Below, in pieces: positions 16,846 to 23,662 of a stretch of DNA of 24,000 nucleotides. Source of the DNA: Candidatus Harpocratesius repetitus. Lineage in GTDB: Archaea > Asgardarchaeota > Lokiarchaeia > Sigyniarchaeales > Promethearchaeaceae. A model generated the notes under the pieces. It was not told the origin of the DNA. It saw only the letters and a list, made by a program, of their open reading frames with translations, and ran no database searches. Position 1 is the stretch's first letter, and each line of letters starts with the position of its first letter. The DNA lies in the NCBI GenBank assembly GCA_021498095.1, contig JAIZWK010000001.1, positions 1,238,337 to 1,262,336 on the forward strand, in the 5' to 3' direction. A program made the position numbers and the translations under genes.

Positions 16846-17367
16846 TTATTCATCATCATCACGAAATCTAGCCGGCGCACACAATTCACTGGCTTCGACT
16901 GCAATTCTTCCACAAATTTTACAATCAAATTTCGCTTTACCAACCTTTTCTTTGCAAAAGTGCCGTCCTTTTTCTATTGTAGCTCCGCAATATTTACACA
17001 CATATGGATATTTGACGTCACAATAATGACCTGGAGGCTTTACAGGTTGACCACAAACAACACATGAAAGTAAAGTGTTGGATTTGGATTCACGACTTAT
17101 TTCTTCCCATTGTTCACGTAATTCGGTTGAAATTGGAACAGGATTACATACATGTGTTTCTTCCACTCCAACCGCGCCACAATTCGCACAGTAGAATTTG
17201 ATTGCTTTTAATTTTTCTTTGCACATATGACGGTGATTTATATTTTCTGCTCCACAATATTCGCAAGTATAACGCTTTACCTCTTCAGCTGGTGTACAGA
17301 AATGAACGTGCGGGGTCTTTTGTTGACAATGTTTGCAGATATGCTCTTCATCATATAACATAGCCAT
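16846..17367 (-). CDS. Cys/His-rich protein with six tandem CxxC-x(7-8)-HxC modules (putative multi-zinc-binding protein)
   Basis: 173 aa with an ATG start. An SD-like GAGATGAT lies 5 nt upstream (plus strand 17373-17380). The modules are CKHC..HFC, CEYCGA..HMC, CANCGA..HVC, CVVCGQ..HYC, CKYCGA..HFC and CKICGR..ELC. The two halves align clearly (CxYCGA....RHxCKEK....KFxCxxCG...VE). The C-terminus is acidic (RDDDE). Confidence 0.75.
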   Translation of the reverse strand: MAMLYDEEHICKHCQQKTPHVHFCTPAEEVKRYTCEYCGAENINHRHMCKEKLKAIKFYCANCGAVGVEETHVCNPVPISTELREQWEEISRESKSNTLLSCVVCGQPVKPPGHYCDVKYPYVCKYCGATIEKGRHFCKEKVGKAKFDCKICGRIAVEASELCAPARFRDDDE

Positions 17368-17727
17368 ATTTAATCATCTCATTTCAGGAGTCTGGTGAAA
17401 TTAAGTGTTTAGTGTTATTTATCCTGATAACTATCTTTTGACTTTTTCTCATTAAAATATTTAGAAATTCTATTATTCCCATTTTAAACTGTCTTATTTT
17501 TAATAATCTTTTAAAAAGTTAAATAATATAAAGTGCTCTTAAGAGATATTTAGAAATATAAAAAGATATTGGGTATTGTAAAAAAATTTTGGTATAAGAA
17601 TAATAAAGGATCGAAAAAATGAAAGGGAGCTTTTTAATTTTATAAAATGATCATGATTTTTCACTTAGCAGAATCTAAAGCTTTTTTTGTATCTCTATCC
17701 TACTAGAGTTAATTTTGGTGGCATCAA

Positions 17728-19683
17728 ATGGTTCAAGAAATTCCCCCTCCTAAGCCTGAAAATGAAGCATTAACTAAAATTTCTCAAACGACTATTGATT
17801 CAACTACAAAAACCATAAATCGTTATGGATTAGGAAAAATGATTAGTCAAGGCATGAGCGGAACCATTGGTGGGCCTATTTTCGTAATCCTTGGTTATGC
17901 GCTTTCTGTAGCACGAACTGGTTTACTAATTGCATTGATTCTTAATGGACTATTGATGCTGGGGTTTGTAATGATTTTTTCTGAACTTGCACTTTCACTT
18001 CCAATTTCAGGTGGAGGATATAGTTTTTCTAAAGAAGCTATCGGTGGAGTCCAAGGATTTCTTATCGGTTGGTTGATTTGGATTGGAAATTTGTTATTCA
18101 TTGCCATATCTGGGATTGGTTTTGCATTTTCGTTAATAGTTTTTTTGCCAGATCGATGGATCGGTTTACCTCTTGTAAAAATTATCGGTTTTTGTGTTGT
18201 AATCATTTTCTTTTTTGTCAATTATAAGTCTAAAAAGTTATCCATGTTTTTATCCCGTGTTTTAACCTTTTCAATCACAGGTGGATTTCTATTTTATATC
18301 ATCGGGGGTTTAATTTTCGGTTCTCAACTTAATCCTGACTTTTCCATAGATGTTTTTCAAGAATCTTTCTCATTTTCTAAAGTTATGACAATGACTGCTT
18401 ATACATTTGTCATTTACTGCGTCTATGAATGGAATAGCACCTTTGAATCAATGACTGCATCATTTGATTCCATTAAACGACCAAGAAAAACAATCCCACG
18501 TGCATTTATCTTTTCAATTTTAATCGCAATCGGAATATATTGGCTGGTAACCTTAGTTACTATGTTAAATATTGGTTCATTTCAGTCTCAAACAGCTGAT
18601 ATTATCCTTTCTTCAGATGTTCCTTTAGCAGATGCATTTGGGATTGTACTTAATAACCAAATCGGCATTTACTTTATGGGCTTTATCGGAATGATTGCCA
18701 CAATTACATCTATTAATTCTGGATTACAAATGTCTTCACACGTTTTATATTCCATGGCACGAGATGGGTTTATGCCGCCAGTTTTTAAAAAAGAGCGCCA
18801 TGGAATTCAATGGGTTGCTTTGTTAATTTCTACAATACTCGCATTAGTTGTAGTATTAACTTTAAATATAGATGTCATTACAGAAATTATTAACTTTATT
18901 TTCTTGGTTTCGATGATCTTCATGTCGATTTCATTAATTGTATTACGGAAAACACGACCAAATTTAATTCGCCCTTGGAAAAGCCCGTTTTTTCCTTATC
19001 TTTCCATATTTTCGATTATTGTATGTTTCCTTCTTATTTCTACCATGATTACCTCTCCTTTGGGTCTATATGGAATTGTTTTTGGAATTCTTATCTTAGT
19101 GTTTGGAGGAATCTATTATCTTTTTCAAATATCTAGGCGGGATCGCATTTTCCTTATTCTTTATGGTGCAAAAATTGGAATTTCTCTTTTTACACTACTA
19201 TTTTTAGAATTCTTTCAAGTATCTTTCGTTTGGATTTTTCCTGCTGGAAGTTCTACACAAATTCAACTATCTTTTATTCGCATTCTGACTTCAGTCTTTT
19301 TAATTTTTGGAATTCTTTCTCTCTTTTTTGATTTAATTCCTACAAGACAATTGTTTGCTTGGGCTACCCAACATCGTTCAGATTCTGTAGTTGTTTCTGG
19401 AATTGTCCAACTTTCATCTCGAGCTGAAAAGCATGCTCACTTTTTTGCAGTTTCAATTGCTGTCATTCAATTTGTTTTAAGTAGCTTTTTCCTATTACTT
19501 GTTCTATTTTTCAGCGTAGGGACATTATCATTGCAATCTCCTCTCTTTAATGATGAATCTGGCTTTTTATCCACTTTATTTATAACAACTGGAATTGTTA
19601 TAGGTGTCATTTATGCTGTCAATGGTGGCGTAAGAATAATTATCGAGCAAGAATATTTGAACATGAATAAAAATTTTTATTAA
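17728..19683 (+). CDS. APC-superfamily amino acid/polyamine permease with extra C-terminal TM region
   Basis: 651 aa. GMSGTIGGPIFVILGYA is the typical APC TM1 glycine-rich motif. About 12 hydrophobic helices run through aa ~470. A further ~180 aa with several more hydrophobic helices follows. GGTGG lies upstream of the ATG. Confidence 0.85.
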   Translation: MVQEIPPPKPENEALTKISQTTIDSTTKTINRYGLGKMISQGMSGTIGGPIFVILGYALSVARTGLLIALILNGLLMLGFVMIFSELALSLPISGGGYSFSKEAIGGVQGFLIGWLIWIGNLLFIAISGIGFAFSLIVFLPDRWIGLPLVKIIGFCVVIIFFFVNYKSKKLSMFLSRVLTFSITGGFLFYIIGGLIFGSQLNPDFSIDVFQESFSFSKVMTMTAYTFVIYCVYEWNSTFESMTASFDSIKRPRKTIPRAFIFSILIAIGIYWLVTLVTMLNIGSFQSQTADIILSSDVPLADAFGIVLNNQIGIYFMGFIGMIATITSINSGLQMSSHVLYSMARDGFMPPVFKKERHGIQWVALLISTILALVVVLTLNIDVITEIINFIFLVSMIFMSISLIVLRKTRPNLIRPWKSPFFPYLSIFSIIVCFLLISTMITSPLGLYGIVFGILILVFGGIYYLFQISRRDRIFLILYGAKIGISLFTLLFLEFFQVSFVWIFPAGSSTQIQLSFIRILTSVFLIFGILSLFFDLIPTRQLFAWATQHRSDSVVVSGIVQLSSRAEKHAHFFAVSIAVIQFVLSSFFLLLVLFFSVGTLSLQSPLFNDESGFLSTLFITTGIVIGVIYAVNGGVRIIIEQEYLNMNKNFY

Positions 19684-19901
19684 TATATATTTCAATTCTT
19701 TAATTCTTGTTTAATGGTACGGTTCTTTCTTTTCGTATATATTATTCAGATGTATAAATGAACACTATAGTCTTCCCAATCTAAAGATCTGATTTGGGGT
19801 AAATTTCAAAAACTTTTTTATTTTTCAAACTTTTATTTTCATGTCGAAGTTATATTATATACGAAATTAATGATATTTGGATTCTTATGACAAATTTTAA
19901 T

Positions 19902-19983
19902 GCAGGGGTAGTCAAGTCGAAACGACGCTAGGTTGAGGGCCTAGTCCAATAGTGGTTCGAGGGTTCAAATCCCCCCTCCTGCA
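19902..19983 (+). tRNA. tRNA-Leu (anticodon GAG), type II with long variable arm, no encoded CCA
   Basis: Hand-folded. The acceptor stem GCAGGGG/CTCCTGC has one G-U pair, and the discriminator is A. The D stem is GTC/GAC. The anticodon stem CTAGG/CCTAG carries the loop TTGAGGG, giving anticodon GAG at 19935-19937 with U33 and G37. The variable arm is CCA-ATAG-TGG. The T arm is GAGGG-TTCAAAT-CCCCC. Overall it is very similar to the archaeal tRNA-Leu layout. Confidence 0.85.
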
Positions 19984-20005
19984 TTCTTTTATTTATTTTA
20001 TTTTT
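19984..20005 (+). terminator. T-rich tract immediately 3' of the tRNA (likely archaeal oligo-T terminator)
   Basis: ttcttttatttattttattttt directly follows the discriminator base. Confidence 0.35.
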
Positions 20006-20129
20006 AACCACCATGAGAATCATATGGTATATTTAAATTCATATGATAACATATTAATCCGCAAGAAAATAAAGGAAAGAGTATAATTAGAAATTGCTCG
20101 TAGAATTTAATTAGACGCACCTTTTCCAT
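20004..20129 (-). CDS. Candidate small hydrophobic protein (41 aa)
   Basis: An internal ATG of the listed 67-aa ORF is preceded by a near-perfect SD, reading GGGAGGTGATGTTATG on the minus strand (SD at 20133-20142). The product MEKVRLIKFYEQFLIILFPLFSCGLICYHMNLNIPYDSHGG has one TM-like segment. In-frame ATGs at 20207 and 20150 are alternative starts. Coding status is unproven. Confidence 0.3.
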   Translation of the reverse strand: MEKVRLIKFYEQFLIILFPLFSCGLICYHMNLNIPYDSHGG

Positions 20130-20340
20130 AACATCACCTCCCTTTGGCATCCTATACCTATAGGATGTCTTTAATTCATTTGGTTGCAATTTCCCCAATA
20201 ATATCATTACAAAAAAATCCCCAAAAAATCTCTAAAAGCACCAATAAGACCAAAAATATCCGAAAAAGACAAAATTCCAACTTAAAATAATAAAAAATAT
20301 AATATCGTAAAATAATAGAAAAACAGAACAGGAAAAAAAA

Positions 20341-20829
20341 ATGTATCCCCCAATGTATAATCATGGATTGGTCAGATATGGCCGAAATAGACATCCAATT
20401 TCCATTTTTGGATTCGTATTTCTGATTTTTGTACTCTTTAGTATTTCAGAAGTTAATATTCTTTGGTTTATCTTAATGATAATTATAATATTTGCTATCA
20501 TTTCATCTAGAAATCTTAGAAATCGCTCTTACATTTCAAGATCAAGGCGTTCATCATATAAAAGGTCATCAAATTCTGATTTTGCATCATCCTTTGAGGA
20601 TAAAAAACCTGAAAAGGATATTGATTTGTATCAAAACTCATCAACTCATCAACTCAATCAAGATCAATTATCTGAGAATTCGTCAAGATTTAAAAGAAAC
20701 AGATCATCCTATGAAAAATCAAGTCATAAAGAATTTTTCTGTGGATTTTGTGGAAATCCTGTGGTAGTTCCTGAAGAATCATCAGGAGAATTTTACTGTC
20801 CTTATTGTGGAGAAAAAAATAGAGTATAA
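20341..20829 (+). CDS. Membrane protein with two TM helices, Ser/Arg-rich linker and C-terminal zinc ribbon
   Basis: TM helices are ISIFGFVFLIFVLFSI and ILWFILMIIIIFAII. The linker is RSYISRSRRSSYKRSS.... The C-terminal CGFCG-x17-CPYCG forms a CxxC...CxxC zinc ribbon. Confidence 0.55.
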   Translation: MYPPMYNHGLVRYGRNRHPISIFGFVFLIFVLFSISEVNILWFILMIIIIFAIISSRNLRNRSYISRSRRSSYKRSSNSDFASSFEDKKPEKDIDLYQNSSTHQLNQDQLSENSSRFKRNRSSYEKSSHKEFFCGFCGNPVVVPEESSGEFYCPYCGEKNRV

Positions 20830-20886
20830 ATAGGCAGAATCTTCTAATTTTCTAATAAAATCCTTAACTTTATTTAAAGAATAATA

Positions 20887-21234
20887 CTATAAAATAGAAT
20901 CATCAAAGTTAACATGTTTTGTGAATAAGGGAATTGCTTCGTTACTTACTTGTTCAGTGTACTCTAAAATTCTTTTATCTATATCGATATCGTCAATTAG
21001 AGATGCAATTTTTTTAATTACTTGGGTATGGGGTGTATTAGTGATTTTTGCGATTTTTTTTAGCGATATTTCTCCTTTTTTATAAAATTCTGCTAATTTT
21101 GGCATCATCTTTTCGCTTAGAATTGATAGAAATAGTTTTTTTGCGTAAGCTGATTTTGATAAACCTTCATGATTTCCCATTTCTTCCAAAAAATTGTTTA
21201 TTTCTTCTGGAATTTGAAAGTTTAGTTGAGTCAT
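20887..21234 (-). CDS. RHH (CopG-like) plus UPF0175-like HTH protein, putative antitoxin/regulator
   Basis: The N-terminal QLNFQIPEEINNFLEEMGNHEGLSKSAYAKKLFLSIL fits a ribbon-helix-helix (strand, helix, helix). LAEFYKKGEISLKKIAKITNTPHTQVIKKIASL fits the UPF0175 pattern (a..lYe.GklSlgkAAel.g.s..ef...L). Confidence 0.65.
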   Translation of the reverse strand: MTQLNFQIPEEINNFLEEMGNHEGLSKSAYAKKLFLSILSEKMMPKLAEFYKKGEISLKKIAKITNTPHTQVIKKIASLIDDIDIDKRILEYTEQVSNEAIPLFTKHVNFDDSIL

Positions 21235-21250
21235 ATAATTATATAGTAAA

Positions 21251-21262
21251 TTTATATATAAA
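21251..21262. promoter_or_regulatory. Perfect 12-bp palindromic TATA element (TTTATATATAAA) centred in a 47-bp divergent intergenic region
   Basis: The palindrome centre is about 25 nt from the PIN ATG (21282) and about 22 nt from the RHH-gene ATG (21234). Archaeal TATA boxes sit roughly 26 nt upstream of the TSS. One symmetric box could therefore drive leaderless transcripts in both directions. Confidence 0.35.
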
Positions 21263-21281
21263 ATCTATCCTATTATTTTCT

Positions 21282-21785
21282 ATGAAAACAAAATTAATTA
21301 TTGACACAAGCACTTGGATAAAATTCGATGAGTTAATTGAAGAGAGAATAATCTCAATAAAATTTATAGATAAATTGACTCAAATCTCAGATATTTATGT
21401 TACACATGAAATTGAAAGAGAGCTTGACTATTTTAATGTTATTTCCTACCAAAAAATGAAAAAAGAGATCTTTATTGTCCCTATTTCAAATAAAGAAATT
21501 TATCAAAAGACTATTGAAGATGGATATGATTCAGCAGATTCTAGTATTATTGGGGTTTCAGAAATAAAAGATTACTTAATTATATCTGAAGATCGCCCTC
21601 TTGTTGAATATTATAGTTTGTATAAATTGAAAATCATGTTTTTTGCTGATTTAATTTGGGTGCTGTTAAATAATGACATGATTTCTAAAAATAAGGCATA
21701 TAAATTTATTCATCCATTACAAAAAATGCGAAATTTACCAATCAAAAAATATAATTGCTTAATTAAAAAAATTGAAAAGTATTAA
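21282..21785 (+). CDS. PIN-domain nuclease (DUF3368/VapC-like toxin candidate)
   Basis: Four acidic positions sit in the PIN layout: LIIDTS, THEIERELD, DSADSSIIGVS and IISEDRPL. The C-terminal FADLIWVLLNNDMISKNKAYKFIHPL is as in DUF3368-type PINs. The listed ORF 21048..21785 has an antisense-overlapping N-terminal extension; the start at ATG 21282 (MKTKLIIDTS) is more plausible. Confidence 0.75.
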   Translation: MKTKLIIDTSTWIKFDELIEERIISIKFIDKLTQISDIYVTHEIERELDYFNVISYQKMKKEIFIVPISNKEIYQKTIEDGYDSADSSIIGVSEIKDYLIISEDRPLVEYYSLYKLKIMFFADLIWVLLNNDMISKNKAYKFIHPLQKMRNLPIKKYNCLIKKIEKY

Positions 21786-22870
21786 CTTTGCTTCTTTTTT
21801 CGCTTCAAAAAGCCTTTTTTCTTTTCGTCAAATGACTCCTTTATAATAGTGGATTTCTCATGCCATTTTTCTTTCACATTTTCAGAAATTTCTTCTAAAT
21901 TTTCCCTTAATCGCGCAATAGCGGGTTTGTCTTTATCTGGAATAACCGCTTCAGCTAAGTGCAGTTCTTGTGAATATACATCACAGGGATATTCATCGGG
22001 TAATGCATCAGAATTCAAACCTCCTTGTTCAAACCACGCCTTGGCTCGCTGGTAAGCAAGATCAATCCATTCTTTCGAATGTGAAAAATCAAACGGATCT
22101 AAACGGGCATCATTAGGTGAAGGAAGTACATGTATTGATACTTTAGATCGGTAATGATAATAGTCTGAGATCATTTGACGGGCTAAGACATAAAGAAATG
22201 TTCTAGCTAGCACTTGTTCTAATTTTTTTGGATAAACATCAGGTGTGTTTGGATATCCGATGGGAAAAACGATGATATTCTCGGCACCAAGTTTTATTGC
22301 GGTTGAAATTGCACTGTTGTTTATCAAACCGCCGTCTACCAGCATCATATTATGCATATATTGAGGGGGGTAAACCATAGGAATCGCAATGCTACTCATT
22401 AGGGCTTCTATGGCTCTTCCTTTATTAAATACAATTTCTTTTCCCGTTTTCAAATCTGAGGCAACAGCATAAAAAGGAATGGTTGTTTCTTCTAAGCGTT
22501 GGAAAGGCAATGATCGTTCAATTAATTTACGAATATTTTTAGGGGATATCAAATATTTTCCAAAGGTTGTTAGATTTTTAACTGGGGTTATTGGTGAAGG
22601 TGTAAAGACATCTGTGAATTTTACTTTATTCCAAACAGATTCTAAATATTCTACTCCCTCTAAAGTGGGGTTATATGCAAAAATTGCACCATTTAGGCTT
22701 CCAACAGATGTTCCAAGAATAAAATCTGCTTTTATTCCAAATTCAGTTATCGCTTTTAGCAGACCAACTTCAATTGCGCCCAAGCTTGAACCGCCGGAAA
22801 ACACAAATGCTGTTTTTCTTTCTGTATTCGATGATTGTGTAATTTTTGTTTTTTGTAAAGATTGATTCAT
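21782..22870 (-). CDS. Patatin-like phospholipase
   Basis: Oxyanion glycine-rich loop FVFSGGSSLGAIEVG, nucleophile GTSVG (GxSxG) and catalytic Asp motif LVDGGLINN. The C-terminus is K-rich. Confidence 0.9.
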   Translation of the reverse strand: MNQSLQKTKITQSSNTERKTAFVFSGGSSLGAIEVGLLKAITEFGIKADFILGTSVGSLNGAIFAYNPTLEGVEYLESVWNKVKFTDVFTPSPITPVKNLTTFGKYLISPKNIRKLIERSLPFQRLEETTIPFYAVASDLKTGKEIVFNKGRAIEALMSSIAIPMVYPPQYMHNMMLVDGGLINNSAISTAIKLGAENIIVFPIGYPNTPDVYPKKLEQVLARTFLYVLARQMISDYYHYRSKVSIHVLPSPNDARLDPFDFSHSKEWIDLAYQRAKAWFEQGGLNSDALPDEYPCDVYSQELHLAEAVIPDKDKPAIARLRENLEEISENVKEKWHEKSTIIKESFDEKKKGFLKRKKKQS

Positions 22871-23059
22871 GGTTCTTAGTACTGTATGAAAATATTTCTT
22901 AAAAGTATGTGGGTATCAATCAAAGATTTAGTTAAGAGGTTCTAGCAACTTCTATATTTTTGACTGAATTACAATTTTCATCTTCCCTTCTCCGATTATA
23001 ATCAAATATATCTAAAAATTACTTCAGTCGCGAAGATTAAATCAAATTTCAATGTATTT

Positions 23060-23650
23060 TTATAATTTTTGAGATATTGGATAATATTCTACTATAAGAT
23101 GTGGAGAAAGAAGATTTGCTAACCGCATTCCTTCAATTTCAGTCATCCAAGGGCGGATGAGTACTTTTTTTTTCTGGTTTTTCAAGTATATCTCAATTTT
23201 CCAATTTGGCACCCTAACACGTATATAGAGCAGAAGAATACCAATAAACATAAGAATTGTAGCCAATCCCCACCACAAAAGTTTACGTTTAGGATTATAT
23301 TGAATGATTATTTTTTCAATTTGATTAAATTGAATGAATGCAGGTTTATGAAATTGTGATTGTAGTTTAACCGTCTTTTTTTGCACATCAAAACGAACTG
23401 ATTGACCGTACAACATATCTTGGAATTTCACTGGTTCAATACGGTTCAAAATTGTAAATTTTGGTTGAGTAGTATTGTATGGATTGCGAGAAATGTCTGA
23501 TTTATGCGAATCGTTTGAATTGTATGATTTACTTGGATTGTGAAAATTATGTATATCTGAATTGTCTGAGTTGTCTGAGTAAACTGAGTTGCCTGAATTG
23601 TGAGAATTATGCAGATCGTTTGAATTAAATGAATTATTTGAATTTTGCAT
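23060..23650 (-). CDS. Single-pass membrane protein with Asn/Ser/His-rich low-complexity N-terminus
   Basis: The listed start is GTG 23662; the first ATG is 23650 (MQNSNNSF...). The N-terminal ~60 aa is an NS(x)-type repeat. The TM helix is LLWWGLATILMFIGILLLYI. No family recognised. Confidence 0.5.
   Translation of the reverse strand: MQNSNNSFNSNDLHNSHNSGNSVYSDNSDNSDIHNFHNPSKSYNSNDSHKSDISRNPYNTTQPKFTILNRIEPVKFQDMLYGQSVRFDVQKKTVKLQSQFHKPAFIQFNQIEKIIIQYNPKRKLLWWGLATILMFIGILLLYIRVRVPNWKIEIYLKNQKKKVLIRPWMTEIEGMRLANLLSPHLIVEYYPISQKL
23476..23650 (-). repeat. Degenerate short coding repeat (ctgaRttg-type units) encoding the N/S/D/H-rich tract
   Basis: The plus strand shows reiterated tgaattg / tgagttg units, e.g. 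tctgaattgtctgagttgtctgagtaaactgagttgcctgaattgtgagaatt. It encodes NSNNSFNSNDLHNSHNSGNSVYSDNSDNSDIHNFHN.... Confidence 0.6.
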
Positions 23651-23662
23651 TGAATTGATCAC

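Noticed and set aside
17457-17557. Exact 12-mer atatttagaaat occurring twice (17457-17468 and 17546-17557) in the divergent intergenic region between the Cys-rich gene and the permease
   Set aside because: In DNA this AT-rich, a duplicated A/T-only 12-mer within 360 bp may be chance. There is no dyad symmetry and no third full copy. It is noted only as a possible regulator site.
20176-20394. 72-aa minus-strand ORF overlapping the start of the 20341..20829 gene
   Set aside because: It is the reverse reading of an A-rich promoter-like region, giving an F/L/I-rich low-complexity product. It overlaps the better-supported plus-strand gene.
21048-21281. N-terminal 78-aa extension of the PIN ORF as listed (start 21048)
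   Set aside because: The extension runs antisense through the RHH gene and the intergenic TATA region, and its product is hydrophobic low-complexity. The PIN fold begins at MKTKLIIDTS (ATG 21282).
4788-22865. Other shadow ORFs: 4788..5027, 5334..5522, 7987..8181, 8689..8871, 11497..11694, 12513..12728, 13101..13328, 15368..15613, 15486..15704, 15733..15930, 16172..16354, 17895..18221, 20492..20767, 21849..22055 and 22479..22865
   Set aside because: Each is fully embedded in, or antisense to, a longer ORF that has clear family motifs. None has a motif or a plausible start context of its own.
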